Source: Antedon mediterranea (lineage: Eukaryota; Animalia; Echinodermata). From it: a stretch of 64,000 nucleotides of DNA. This document shows, piece by piece, positions 9,200 to 23,399 of this stretch. The notes beneath the pieces are model-generated. The model was not told where the DNA came from. It was given only the letters and a program-made list of their open reading frames with translations, and did no database searches. How positions within the stretch are numbered: position 1 is the first letter of the stretch; each line of letters starts with the position of its first letter. The stretch spans positions 11,160,001 to 11,224,000 of the forward strand of contig NC_092680.1 in assembly GCF_964355755.1 (NCBI RefSeq), in the 5' to 3' direction. A program made the position numbers and the translations under genes.

Positions 9200-12100
9200 A
9201 TTTGAAGCTATTCTGTACACTTTGATGTTTTGTGTGAAAAAGTTTTGTCGAAATGCTCAAAATGGTCTAAAACGTTTTTAAATACGATATTAAGCTATTT
9301 TGTGCTCTTTGATGTTTTTGTGTAACCAAGTTTCATCGAAAATCACAAAATGGTCTAAAACGTCTTCAAATGCGATTTGAAGCTATTCTGTACACTTTGA
9401 TGTTTTGTGTGAAAAAGTTTTGTCAAAATGCTCAAAATGGTCTAAAACGTTTTTAAAACGATATTAAGCTATTTTGTGCTCTTTGATGTTTTTGTGTAAC
9501 CAAGTTTCATCGAAAATCACAAAATGGTCTAAAACGTCTCCAAATGCGATTTGAAGCTTTTCTAAGCACTTTGGTGTTTTTATGTTAACAAGTTTTTTCG
9601 AAAATCACGAAATGGTCTAAAATGTCTCCAAATGCGATTTGAAGATATTCTGAGCACTCAGATGTTTTTGTGTGAAAAGTTTTATCGAAATGCTCAAAAT
9701 GGTCTAAAACGGTTTCTAATGCGATTTGAAGCTATTCTGTACACTTTGAAGTTTTTTGTGAAAAAGTTTTCTCGAAATGCTCAAAATGGTCTAAAACGTT
9801 TTTATATACCATATTAAGCTATTTTGTGCACTTTTATGTTTTGTGTGAAAAAGTTTTGTTGAAATTCTCAAAATGGTCTAAAACGTTTTTAAATACGATA
9901 TTAAGCTGTTTTGTGCACTTTGATGATTTGTGTGAAAAGTTTTAACGAAATGCTCAAAATGGTCAAAAACGGTTTCTAATGTGATTTTAAGCACTTTGAT
10001 GTTTTTGTGTAACCAAGTTTTTTCAAAAATCACAAAATGGTCTAAAACGTCTCCAAATGCGATTTGAAGCTTTTCTAAGCACTTTGGTGTTTTTATGTTA
10101 ACAAGTTTTTTCGAAAATCACAAAATGGTCTAAAACGTCTCCAAATGCGATTTGAAGCTATTCTGTACACTTTGATGTTTTGTGTGAAAAAGTTTTGTCG
10201 AAATGCTCAAAATGGTCTAAAACATTTTTAAATACGATATTAAGCTATTTTGTGATCTTTGATGTTTTTGTGTGAAAAGTTTTATCGAAATGCTCAAAAT
10301 GGTCTAAAACGGTTTCTATTGTGATTTTAAGCACTTTGATGATTTTGTGTAACCAAGTTTCATCGAAATGTACAAAATGGTCTAAAACGTCTCCAAATGC
10401 GATTTGAAGCTATTCTAAGTACTTTTGTGTTTTTATGTTAACAAGTTTTTTCGAAAATCACAAAATGGTCTAAAACGTCTTCAAATGCGATTTGAAGCTA
10501 TTCTGTACACTTTGATGTTTTGTGTGAAAAAGTTTTGTCAAAATGCTCAAAATGGTCTAAAACGTTTTTAAAACGATATTAAGCTATTTTGTGCTCTTTG
10601 ATGTTTTTGTGTAACCAAGTTTCATCGAAAATCACAACATGGTATAAAACGTCTCCAAATGCGATTTGAAGCTTTTCTAAGCACTTTGGTGTTTTTATGT
10701 TAACAAGTTTTTTCGAAAATCACAAAATGGTCTAAAACGTCTCCAAATGCGATTTGAAGCTTTTCTAAGCACTTTGGTGTTTTTATGTTAACAAGTTTTT
10801 TCGAAAATCTTGAAATGGTCTAAAATGTCTCCAAATGCGATTTGAAGATATTCTGAGCACTTTGGTGTTTTTATGTTAAAAAGTTTTTTCGAAAATCACA
10901 AAATGGTCTAAAACGTCTCCAAATGCGATTTGAAGCTCTTCTGTACACTTTGATGTTTTGTGTGAAAAAGATTTGTCGATATGCTCAAAATGGTCTAAAA
11001 CGTTTTTAAATACGATATTAAGCTGTTTTGTGCACTTTAATGATTTGTGTGAAAAGTTTTACGAAATGCTCAAAATGGTCTAAAACGGTTTCTAATGTGA
11101 TTTTAAGCACTTTGATGTTTTTGTGTAACCAAGTTTTTTCGAAAATCACAAAATGGTCTAAAACGTCTCCAAATGCGATTTCAAGCTTTTCTAAGCACTT
11201 TGGTGTTTTTATGTTAACAAGTTTTTTCGAAAATCACAAAATGGTCTAAAACGTCTCCAAATGCGATTTGAGGATATTCTGAGCACTTTGGTGTTTTTAT
11301 GTTATAAAGTTTTTTCGAAAATCACAAAATGGTCTAAAACGTCTCCAAATGCGATTTGAAGCTATTCTGTACACTTTGATGTTTTGTGTGAAAAAGTTTT
11401 GTCGAAATGCTCAAAATGGTCTAAAACGTTTTTAAAACGATATTAAGCTATTTTGTGCTCTTTGATGTTTTTGTGTAACCAAGTTTCATCGAAATCAACA
11501 AAATGGTCTAATACGTCTCCAAATGCGATTTGAAGTTTTTCCAAGCACTTTGCTGTTTTTATGTTAACAAGTTTTTTCGAAAATCACAAAATGGTCTAAA
11601 ACGTCTTCAAATGCGATTTGAAGCTATTCTGTACACTTTGATGTTTTGTGTGAAAAAGTTTTGTCGAAATGCTCAAAATGGTCTAAAACGTTTTTAAATA
11701 CGATATAAAGCTATTTTGTGATCTTTGATGTTTTTGTGTGAAAAGTTTTATCGAAATGCTCAAAATGGTCTAAAACGGTTTCTAATGCGATTTGAAGCTA
11801 TTCTGTACCCTTTGAAGTTTTTTGTGAAAAAGTTTTCTCGAAATGCTCAAAATGGTCTAAAAAGTTTTTATATACCATATTAAGCTATTTTGTGCACTTT
11901 GATGTTTTTTGTGAAAAGTTTTATCGAAATGCTCAAAATGGTCTAAAACGGTTTCTATTGGGATTTTAAGCACTTTGATGATTTTGTGTAACCAAGTTTC
12001 ATCGAAATGTACAAAATGGTCTAAAACGTCTCCAAATGCGATTTGAAGCTATTCTAAGTACTTTTGTGTTTTTATGTTAACAAGTTTTTTTTTAAATCAC

Positions 12101-15100
12101 AAAATGGTCTAAAACGTCTTCAAATGCGATTTGAAGCTATTCTGTACACTTTGATGTTTTGTGTGAAAAGGTTTTGTCGAAATGCTCAAAATGGTCTAAA
12201 ACGTTTTTAAATACGATATTAAGCTATTTTGTGATCTTTGATGTTTTTGTGTGAAAAGTTTTATCGAAATGCTCAAAATGGTCTAAAACGGTTTCTATTG
12301 TGATTTTAAGCACTTTGATGATTTTGTGTAACCAAGTTTCATCGAAATGTACAAAATGGTCTAAAACGTCTCCAAATGCGATTTGAAGCTATTCTAAGTA
12401 CTTTTGTGTTTTTATGTTAACAAGTTTTTTCGAAAATCACAAAATGGTCTAAAACGTCTTCAAATGCGATTTGAAGCTATTCTGTACACTTTGATGTTTT
12501 GTGTGAAAAAGTTTTGTCGAAATGCTCAAAATGGTCAAAAATGGTTTCTAATGTGATTTTAAGCACAAGCACTTTGGTGTTTTTATGTTAACAAGTTTTT
12601 TCGAAAATCACAAAATGGTCTAAAACGTCTCCAAATGCGATTTGAAGATATTCTGAGCACTTTGGTGTTTTTATGTTAAAAAGTTTTTTCGAAAATCACA
12701 AAATGGTCTAAAACGTCTCAAAATGCGATTTGAAGCTAATCTGTACACTTTGATGTTTTGTGTGAAAAAGTTTTGTCGAAATGCTCAAAATGGTCTAAAA
12801 CGTTTTTAAATACGATATTAAGCTATTTTGTGCTCTTTGATGTTTTTGTGTAACCAAGTTTCATCGAAAATCACAAAATGGTCTAAAACGTCTTCAAATG
12901 CGATTTGAAGCTATTCTGTACACTTTGATGTTTTGTGTGAAAAAGTTTTGTCAAAATGCTCAAAATGGTCTAAAACGTTTTTAAAACGATATTAAGCTAT
13001 TTTGTGCTCTTTGATGTTTTTGTGTAACCAAGTTTCATCGAAAATCACAAAATGGTCTAAAACGTCTCCAAATGCGATTTGAAGCTTTTCTAAGCACTTT
13101 GGTGTTTTTATGTTAACAAGTTTTTTCGAAAATCACGAAATGGTCTAAAATGTCTCCAAATGCGATTTGAAGATATTCTGAGCACTTAGATGTTTTTGTG
13201 TGAAAAGTTTTATCGAAATGCTCAAAATGGTCTAAAACGGTTTCTAATGCGATTTGAAGCTATTCTGTACACTTTGAAGTTTTTTGTGAAAAAGTTTTCT
13301 CGAAATTCTCAAAATGGTCTAAAACGTTTTTATATACCATATTAAGCTATTTTGTGCACTTTTATGTTTTGTGTGAAAAAGTTTTGTCGAAATTCTCAAA
13401 ATGGTCTAAAACGTTTTTAAATACGATATTAAGCTGTTTTGTGCACTTTGATGATTTGTGTGAAAAGTTTTAACGAAATGCTCAAAATGGTCAAAAACGG
13501 TTTCTAATGTGATTTTAAGCACTTTGATGTTTTTGTGTAACCAAGTTTTTTCAAAAATCACAAAATGGTCTAAAACGTCTCCAAATGCGATTTGAAGCTT
13601 TTCTAAGCACTTTGGTGTTTTTATGTTTACAAGTTTTTTCGAAAATCACAAAATGGTCTAAAACGTCTCCAAATGCGATTTGAAGCTATTCTGTACACTT
13701 TGATGTTTTGTGTGAAAAAGTTTTGTCGAAATGCTCAAAATGGTCTAAAACATTTTTAAATACGATATTAAGCTATTTTGTGATCTTTGATGTTTTTGTG
13801 TGAAAAGTTTTATCGAAATGCTCAAAATGGTCTAAAACGGTTTCTATTGTGATTTTAAGCACTTTGATGATTTTGTGTAACCAAGTTTTATCGAAATGTA
13901 CAAAATGGTCTAAAACGTCTCCAAATGCGATTTGAAGCTATTCTAAGTACTTTTGTGTTTTTATGTTAACAAGTTTTTTCGAAAATCACAAAATGGTCTA
14001 AAACGTCTTCAAATGCGATTTGAAGCTATTCTGTACACTTTGATGTTTTGTGTGAAAAAGTTTTGTCAAAATGCTCAAAATGGTCTAAAACGTTTTTAAA
14101 ACGATATTAAGCTATTTTGTGCTCTTTGATGTTTTTGTGTAACCAAGTTTCATCGAAAATCACAACATGGTATAAAACGTCTCCAAATGCGATTTGAAGC
14201 TTTTCTAAGCACTTTGGTGTTTTTATGTTAACAAGTTTTTTCGAAAATCACAAAATGGTCTAAAACGTCTCCAAATGCGATTTGAAGCTTTTCTAAGCAC
14301 TTTGGTGTTTTTATGTTAACAAGTTTTTTCAAAAATCTTGAAATGGTCTAAAATGTCTCCAAATGCGATTTGAAGATATTCTGAGCACTTTGGTGTTTTT
14401 ATGTTAAAAAGTTTTTTCGAAAATCACAAAATGGTCTAAAACGTCTCCAAATGCGATTTGAAGCTCTTCTGTACACTTTGATGTTTTGTGTGAAAAAGAT
14501 TTGTCGATATGCTCAAAATGGTCTAAAACGTTTTTAAATACGATATTAAGCTGTTTTGTGCACTTTAATGATTTGTGTGAAAAGTTTTACGAAATGCTCA
14601 AAATGGTCTAAAACGGTTTCTAATGTGATTTTAAGCACTTTGATGTTTTTGTGTAACCAAGTTTTTTCGAAAATCACAAAATGGTCTAAAACGTCTCCAA
14701 ATGCGATTTCAAGCTTTTCTAAGCACTTTGGTGTTTTTATGTTAACAAGTTTTTTCGAAAATCACAAAATGGTCTAAAACGTCTCCAAATGCGATTTGAG
14801 GATATTCTTAGCACTTTGGTGTTTTTATGTTATAAAGTTTTTTCGAAAATCACAAAATGGTCTAAAACGTCTCCAAATGCGATTTGAAGCTATTCTGTAC
14901 ACTTTGATGTTTTGTGTGAAAAAGTTTTGTCGAAATGCTCAAAATGGTCTAAAACGTTTTTAAAACGATATTAAGCTATTTTGTGCTCTTTGATGTTTTT
15001 GTGTAACCAAGTTTCATCGAAATCAACAAAATGGTCTAATACGTCTCCAAATGCGATTTGAAGTTTTTCCAAGCACTTTGCTGTTTTTATGTTAACAAGT

Positions 15101-15620
15101 TTTTTCGAAAATCACAAAATGGTCTAAAACGTCTTCAAATGCGATTTGAAGCTATTCTGTACACTTTGATGTTTTGTGTGAAAAAGTTTTGTCGAAATGC
15201 TCAAAATGGTCTAAAACGTTTTTAAATACGATATAAAGCTATTTTGTGATCTTTGATGTTTTTGTGTGAAAAGTTTTATCGAAATGCTCAAAATGGTCTA
15301 AAACGGTTTCTAATGCGATTTGAAGCTATTCTGTACCCTTTGAAGTTTTTTGTGAAAAAGTTTTCTCGAAATGCTCAAAATGGTCTAAAAAGTTTTTATA
15401 TACCATATTAAGCTATTTTGTGCACTTTGATGTTTTTTGTGAAAAGTTTTATCGAAATGCTCAAAATGGTCTAAAACGGTTTCTATTGGGATTTTAAGCA
15501 CTTTGATGATTTTGTGTAACCAAGTTTCATCGAAATGTACAAAATGGTCTAAAACGTCTCCAAATGCGATTTGAAGCTATTCTAAGTACTTTTGTGTTTT
15601 TATGTTAACAAGTTTTTTCG
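9200..15620 (+). repeat. Tandem 3,528-bp higher-order repeat (~41 monomers), two diverged copies (type I then type II)
   Basis: ORF-track markers 11028/14556 differ by 3528. Shared markers are ACAACATGGTATAAAA, AATCTTGAAAT, GATTTGTCGATATG, TGTACCCTTTG and ATTGGGATTTT. Boundaries are approximate. Confidence 0.87.
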
Positions 15621-18600
15621 AAAATCACAAAATGGTCTAAAACGTCTTCAAATGCGATTTGAAGCTATTCTGTAACACTTTTATGTTTTGTGTGAAAAAG
15701 TTTTGTCGAAATTCTCAAAATGGTCTAAAACGTTTTTAAATACGATATTAAGCTGTTTTGTGCACTTTGATGATTTGTGTGAAAAGTTTTAACGAAATGC
15801 TCAAAATGGTCAAAAACGGTTTCTAATGTGATTTTAAGCACTTTGATGTTTTTGTGTAACCAAGTTTTTTCAAAAATCACAAAATGGTCTAAAACGTCTC
15901 CAAATGCGATTTGAAGCTTTTCTAAGCACTTTGGTGTTTTTATGTTAACAAGTTTTTTCGAAAATCACAAAATGGTCTAAAACGTCTCCAAATGCGATTT
16001 GAAGATATTCTGAGCACTTTGGTGTTTTTATGTTAAAAAGTTTTTTCGAAAATCACAAAATAGTCTAAAACGTCTCCAAATGCGATTTGAAGCTATTCTG
16101 TACACTTTGATGTTTTGTGTGAAAAAGTTTTGTCGAAATGCTCAAAATGGTCTAAAACGTTTTTAAAACGATATTAAGCTATTTTGTGCTCTTTGATGTT
16201 TTTGTGTAACCAAGTTTCATCGAAAATCACAAAAAGGTCTAAAACGTCTCAAAATGCGATTTGAAGCTTTTCTAAGCACTTTGGTGTTTTTATGTTAACA
16301 AGTTTTTTCGAAAATCACGAAATGGTCTAAAATGTCTCCAAATGCGATTTGAAGATATTCTGAGCACTAAGGTGTTTTTATGTTAAAAAGTTTTATCGAA
16401 AATCACAAAATGGTCTAAAACGTCTCCAAATGCGATTTGAAGCTCTTCTGTACACTTTGATGTTTTGTGTGAAAAATTTTTGTCGAAATGCTCAAAATGG
16501 TCTAAAACGTTTTTAAATACGATATTAAGCTGTTTTGTGCACTTTGATGATTTGTGTGAAAAGTTTTAACGAAATGCTCAAAATGGTCTAAAACGGTTTC
16601 TAATGTGATTTTAAGCACTTTGATGTTTTTGTGTAACCAAGTTTTATCGAAAATCACAAAATAGTCTAAAACGTCTCCAAATGCGATTTGAAGCTTTTCT
16701 AAGCACTTTGGTGTTTTTATGTTAACAAGTTTTTTCGAAAATCATAAAATGGTCTAAAACGTCTCCAAATGCGATTTGAGGATATTCTGAGCACTTTGGT
16801 GTTTTTTTGTTAAAAAGTTTTTTCGAAAATCACAAAATGGTCTAAAACGACTCCAAATGCGATTTGAAGCTATTCTGTACACTTTGATGTTTTGTGTGAA
16901 AAAGTTTTGTCGAAATGCTCAAAATGGTCTAAAACATTTTTAAATACGATATTAAGCTATTTTGTGATCTTTGATGTTTTTGTGTGAAAAGTTTTATCCA
17001 AATGCTCAAAATGGTCTAAAACGGTTTCTATTGTGATTTTAAGCACTTTGATGATTTTGTGTAACCAAGTTTCATCGAAATGTACAAAATGGTCTAAAAC
17101 GTCTCCAAATGCGATTTGAAGCTATTCTAAGTACTTTTGTGTTTTTATGTTAACAAGTTTTTTCGAAAATCACAAAATGGTCTAAAACGTCTTCAAATGC
17201 GATTTGAAGCTATTCTGTACACTTTGATGTTTTGTGTGAAAAAGTTTTGTCAAAATGCTCAAAATGGTCTAAAACGTTTTTAAAACGATATTTAGCTATT
17301 TTGTGCTCTTTGATGTTTTTGTGTAACCAAGTTTCATCGAAAATCACAACATGGTCTAAAACGTCTCCAAATGCGATTTGAAGCTTTTCTAAGCACTTTT
17401 GTGTTTTTATGTTAACAAGTTTTTTCGAAAATCACAAAATGGTCTAAAACGTCTCCAAATGCGATTTGAAGCTCTTCTGTACACTTTGATGTTTTGTTTG
17501 AAAAAGTTTTGTCGAAATTCTCAAAATGGTCTAAAACGTTTTTAAATACGATATTAAGCTGTTTTGTGCACTTTGATGATTTGTGTGAAAAGTTTTAACG
17601 AAATGCTCAAAATGGTCTAAAACGGTTTCTAATGTGATTTTAAGCACTTTGATGTTTTTGTGTAACCAAGTTTTTTCGAAAATCACAAAATAGTCTAAAA
17701 CGTCTCCAAATGCGATTTGAAGCTTTTCTAAGCACTTTGGTGTTTTTATGTTAACAAGTTTTTTCGAAAATCACAAAATGGTCTAAAACGTCTCCAAATG
17801 CGATTTGAAGCTATTCTAAGTACTTTTGTGTTTTTATGTTAACAAGTTTTTTCGAAAATCACAAAATGGTCTAAAACGTCTCCAAATGCGATTTAAAGCT
17901 CTTCTGTACACTTTGATGTTTTGTGTGAAAAAGTTTTGTCGAAATGCTCAAAATGGTCTAAAACGTTTTCAAATACGATATTAAGCTGTTTTGTGCACTT
18001 TGATGATTTGTGTGAAAAGTTTTAACGAAATGCTCAAAATGGTCTAAAACGGTTTCTAATGTGATTTTAAGCACTTTGGTGTTTTTATGTTAACAAGTTT
18101 TTTCGAAAATCACAAAATGGTCTAAAACGTCTCCAAATGCGATTTGAGGATATTCTGAGAACTTTGGTGTTTTTTTGTTAAAAAGTTTTTTCGAAAATCA
18201 CAAAATGGTCTAAAACGTCTCCAAATGCGATTTGAAGCTATTCTGTACACTTTGATGTTTTGTGTGAAAAAGTTTTGTCGAAATGCTCAAAATGGTCTAA
18301 AACGTTTTTAAATACGATATTAAGCTATTTTGTGATCTTTGATGTTTTTGTGTGAAAAGTTTTATCGAAATGCTCAAAATGGTCTAAAACGTTTTTAAAA
18401 CGATATTAAGCTATTTTGTGCTCTTTGATGTTTTTGTGTAACCAAGTTTCATCGAAAATCACAAAATGGTCTAAAACGTCGCCAAATGCGATTTGAAGCT
18501 TTTCTAAGCACTTTGGTGTTTTTATGTTAACAAGTTTTTTCGAAAATCACAAAATGGTCTAAAACGTCTCCAAATGCGATTTGAAGATATTCTGAGCTCT

Positions 18601-21600
18601 TTGGTGTTTTTATGTTAAAAAGTTTTTTCGAAAATCACAAAATAGTCTAAAACGTCTCCAAATGCGATTTGAAGCTATTCTGTACACTTTGATGTTTTGT
18701 GTGAAAAAGTTTTGTCGAAATGCTCAAAATGGTCTAAAACGTTTTTAAAACGATATTAAGCTATTTTGTGCTCTTTGATGTTTTTGTGTAACCAAGTTTC
18801 ATCGAAAATCACAAAATGGTCTAAAACGTCTCAAAATGCGATTTGAAGCTTTTCTAAGCACTTTGGTGTTTTTATGTTAACAAGTTTTTTCGAAAATCAC
18901 GAAATGGTCTAAAATGTCTCCAAATGCGATTTGAAGATATTCTGAGCACTTTGGGGTTTTTATGTTAAAAAGTTTTTTCGAAAATCACAAAATGGTCTAA
19001 AACGTCTCCAAATGCGATTTGAAGCTCTTCTGTACACTTTGATGTTTTGTGTGAAAAAGTTTTGTCGAAATGCTCAAAATGGTCTAAAACGTTTTTAAAT
19101 ACGATATTAAGCTGTTTTGTGCACTTTGATGATTTGTGTGAAAAGTTTTAACGAAATGCTCAAAATGGTCTAAAACGGTTTCTAATGTGATTTTAAGCAC
19201 TTTGATGTTTTTGTGTAACCAAGTTTTTTCGAAAATCACAAAATAGTCTAAAACGTCTCCAAATGCGATTTGAAGCTTTTCTAAGCACTTTGGTGTTTTT
19301 ATGTTAACAAGTTTTTTCGAAAATCACAAAATGGTCTAAAACGTCTCCAAATGCGATTTGAGGATATTCTGAGCACTTTGGTGTTTTTTTGTTAAAAAGT
19401 TTGTTCGAAAATCACAAAATGGTCTAAAACGTCTCCAAATGCGATTTGAAGCTATTCTGTACACTTTGATGTTTTGTGTGAAAAAGTTTTGTCGAAATGC
19501 TCAAAATGGTCTAAAACGTTTTTAAATACGATATTAAGCTATTTTGTGATCTTTGATGTTTTTGTGTGAAAAGTTTTATCGAAATGCTCAAAATGGTCTA
19601 AAACGGTTTCTATTGTGATTTTAAGCACTTTGATGATTTTGTGTAACCAAGTTTCATCGAAATGTACAAAATGGTCTAAAACGTCTCCAAATGCGATTTG
19701 AAGCTATTCTAAGTACTTTTGTGTTTTTATGTTAACAAGTTTTTTCGAAAATCACAAAATGGTCTAAAACGTCTTCAAATGCGATTTGAAGCTATTCTGT
19801 ACACTTTGATGTTTTGTGTGAAAAAGTTTTGTCAAAATGCTCAAAATGGTCTAAAACGTTTTTAAAACGATATTAAGCTATTTTGTGCTCTTTGATGTTT
19901 TTGTGTAACCAAGTTTCATCGAAAATCACAAAATGGTCTAAAACGTCTCCAAATGCGATTTGAAGCTTTTCTAAGCACTTTGGTGTTTTTATGTTAACAA
20001 GTTTTTTCGAAAATCACAAAATGGTCTAAATCGTCTCCAAATGCGATTTGAAGCTCTTCTGTACACTTTGATGTTTTGTTTGAAAAAGTTTTGTCGAAAT
20101 TCTCAAAATGGTCTAAAACGTTTTTAAATACGATATTAAGCTGTTTTGTGCACTTTGATGATTTGTGTGAAAAGTTTTAACGAAATGCTCAAAATGGTCT
20201 AAAACGGTTTCTAATGTGATTTTAAGCACTTTGATGTTTTTGTGTAACCAAGTTTTTTCGAAAATCACAAAATAGTCTAAAACGTCTCCAAATGCGATTT
20301 GAAGCTTTTCTAAGCACTTTGGTGTTTTTATGTTAACAAGTTTTTTCGAAAATCACAAAATGGTCGAAAACGTCTCAAAATGCGATTTGAGGATATTCTG
20401 AGCACTTTGGTGTTTTTTTGTTAAAAAGTTTTTTCGAAAATCACAAAATGGTCTAAAACGTCTCCAAATGCGATTTGAAGCTATTCTGTACACTTTGATG
20501 TTTTGTGTGAAAAAGTTTTGTCGAAATGCTCAAAATGGTCTAAAACGTTTTTAAATACGATATTAAGCTATTTTGTGATCTTTGATGTTTTTGTGTGAAA
20601 AGTTTTATCGAAATGCTCAAAATGGTCTAAAACGTTTTTAAAACGATATTAAGCTATTTTGTGCTCTTTGATGTTTTTGTGTAACCAAGTTTCATCGAAA
20701 ATCACAAAATGGTCTAAAACGTCGCCAAATGCGATTTGAAGCTATTCTGTACACTTTGATGTTTTGTGTGAAAAAGTTTTGTCGAAATGCTCAAAATGGT
20801 CTAAAACGTTTTTAAAACGATATTAAGCTATTTTGTGCTCTTTGATGTTTTTGTGTAACCAAGTTTCATCGAAAATCACAAAATGGTCTAAAACGTCTCC
20901 AAATGCGATTTGAAGCTTTTCTAAGCACTTTGGTGTTTTTATGTTAACAAGTTTTTTCGAAAATCACAAAATGGTCTAAAACGTCTCCAAATGCGATTTG
21001 AAGCTCTTCTGTACACTTTGATGTTTTGTTTGAAAAAGTTTTGTCGAAATTTTCAAAATGGTCTAAAACGTTTTTAAATACGATATTAAGCTGTTTTGTG
21101 CACTTTGATGATTTGTGTGAAAAGTTTTAACGAAATGCTCAAAATGGTCAAAAACGGTTTCTAATGTGATTTTAAGCACTTTGATGTTTTTGTGTAACCA
21201 AGTTTTTTCAAAAATTTCAAAATGGTCTAAAACGTCTCCAAATGCGATTTGAAGCTTTTCTAAGCACTTTGGTGTTTTTATGTTAACAAGTTTTTTCGAA
21301 AATCACAAAATGGTCTAAAACGTCTCCAAATGCGATTTGAAGATATTCTGAGCACTTTGGTGTTTTTATGTTAAAAAGTTTTTTCGAAAATCACAAAATA
21401 GTCTAAAACGTCTCCAAATGCGATTTGAAGCTATTCTGTACACTTTGATGTTTTGTGTGAAAAAGTTTTGTCGAAATGCTCAAAATGGTCTAAAACGTTT
21501 TTAAAACGATATTATTAAGCTATTTTGTGCTCTTTGATGTTTTTGTGTAACCAAGTTTCATCGAAAATCACAAAATGGTCTAAAACGTCTCAAAATGCGA

Positions 21601-23399
21601 TTTGAAGCTTTTCTAAGCACTTTGGTGTTTTTATCTTAACAAGTTTTTTCGAAAATCACGAAATGGTCTAAAATGTCTCCAAATGCGATTTGAAGATATT
21701 CTGAGCACTTTGGTGTTTTTATGTTAAAAAGTTTTTTCGAAAATCACAAAATGGTCTAAAACGTCTCCAAATGCGATTTGAAGCTCTTCTGTACACTTTG
21801 ATGTTTTGTGTGAAAAAGTTTTGTCGAAATGCTCAAAATGGTCTAAAACGTTTTTAAATACGATATTAAGCTATTTTGTGATCTTTGATGTTTTTGTGTG
21901 AAAAGTTTTATCGAAATGCTCAAAATGGTCTAAAACGTTTTTAAAACGATATTAAGCTATTTTGTGCTCTTTGATGTTTTTGTGTAACCAAGTTTCATCG
22001 AAAATCACAAAATGGTCTAAAACGTCGCCAAATGCGATTTGAAGCTATTCTGTACACTTTGATGTTTTGTGTGAAAAAGTTTTGTCGAAATGCTCAAAAT
22101 GGTCTAAAACGTTTTTAAATACGATATTAAGCTATTTTGTGATCTTTGATGTTTTTGTGTGAAAAGTTTTATCAAAATGCTCAAAATGGTCTGAAACGGT
22201 TTCTAATGCGATTTGAAGCTATTCTGTACACTTTGAAGTTTTGTGTGAAAAAGTTTTCTCGAAATGCTCAAAATGGTCTAAAACGTTTTTATATACCATA
22301 TTAAGCTATTTTGTGCACTTTGATGTTTTTTTTGAAAAGTTTTATCGAAATGCTCAAAATGGTCTAAAACGGTTTCTATTGGGATTTTAAGCACTTTGAT
22401 GATTTTGTGTAACCAAGTTTCATCGAAAATCACAAAATGGTCTAAAACGTCTCCAAATGCGATTTGAAGCTTTTCTAAGCACTTTTGTGTTTTTATGTTA
22501 ACAAGTTTTTTCGAAAATCACACAATGGTCTAAAACGTCTTCAAATGCGATTTGAAGCTATTCTGTACACTTTTATGTTTTGTGTGAAAAAGTTTTGTCG
22601 AAATTCTCAAAATGGTCTAAAACGTTTTTAAATACGATATTAAGCTGTTTTGTGCACTTTGATGATTTGTGTGAAAAGTTTTAACGAAATGCTCAAAATG
22701 GTCTAAAACGGTTTCTAATGTGATTTTAAGCACTTTGATGTTTTTGTGTAACCAAGTTTTTTCGAAAATCACAAAATAGTCTAAAACGTCTCCAAATGCG
22801 ATTTGAAGCTTTTCTAAGCACTTTGGTGTTTTTATGTTAACAAGTTTTTTCGAAAATCACAAAATGGTCTAAAACGTCTCCAAATGCGATTTGAGGATAT
22901 TCTGAGCACTTTGGTGTTTTTTTGTTAAAAAGTTTTTTCGAAAATCACAAAATGGTCTAAAACGTCTCCAAATGCGATTTGAAGCTATTCTGTACACTTT
23001 GATGTTTTGTGTGAAAAAGTTTTGTCGAAATGCTCAAAATGGTCTAAAACGTTTTTAAATACGATATTAAGCTATTTTGTGATCTTTGATGTTTTTGTGT
23101 GAAAAGTTTTATCGAAATGCTCAAAATGGTCTAAAACGTTTTTAAAACGATATTAAGCTATTTTGTGCTCTTTGATGTTTTTGTGTAACCAAGTTTCATC
23201 GAAAATCACAAAATGGTCTAAAACGTCGCCAAATGCGATTTGAAGCTTTTCTAAGCACTTTGGTGTTTTTATGTTAACAAGTTTTTTCGAAAATCACGAA
23301 ATGGTCTAAAATATCTCCAAATGCGATTTGAAGATATTCTGAGCACTTTGGTGTTTTTATGTTAAAAAGTTTTTTCGAAAATCACAAAATGGTCTAAAA

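Larger units (their letters stand above)
1..16360 (+). repeat. Segmental duplication at offset 12,210 bp (1 to ~4150 repeated at 12211 to ~16360)
   Basis: Position 1 sequence recurs at 12211. Private markers match: AAGCACAAGC 351/12561, GTAACACTT 3462/15672, and identical ORF-track entries at 2346/14556. Confidence 0.88.

Noticed and set aside
9632-9817. 61-aa ORF (MRFEDILSTQ...), 4 copies
   Set aside because: It exists only where CACTTAGATG (stop) is CACTCAGATG, and sister copies (e.g. ~950, ~13160) are interrupted. Chance read-through of satellite.
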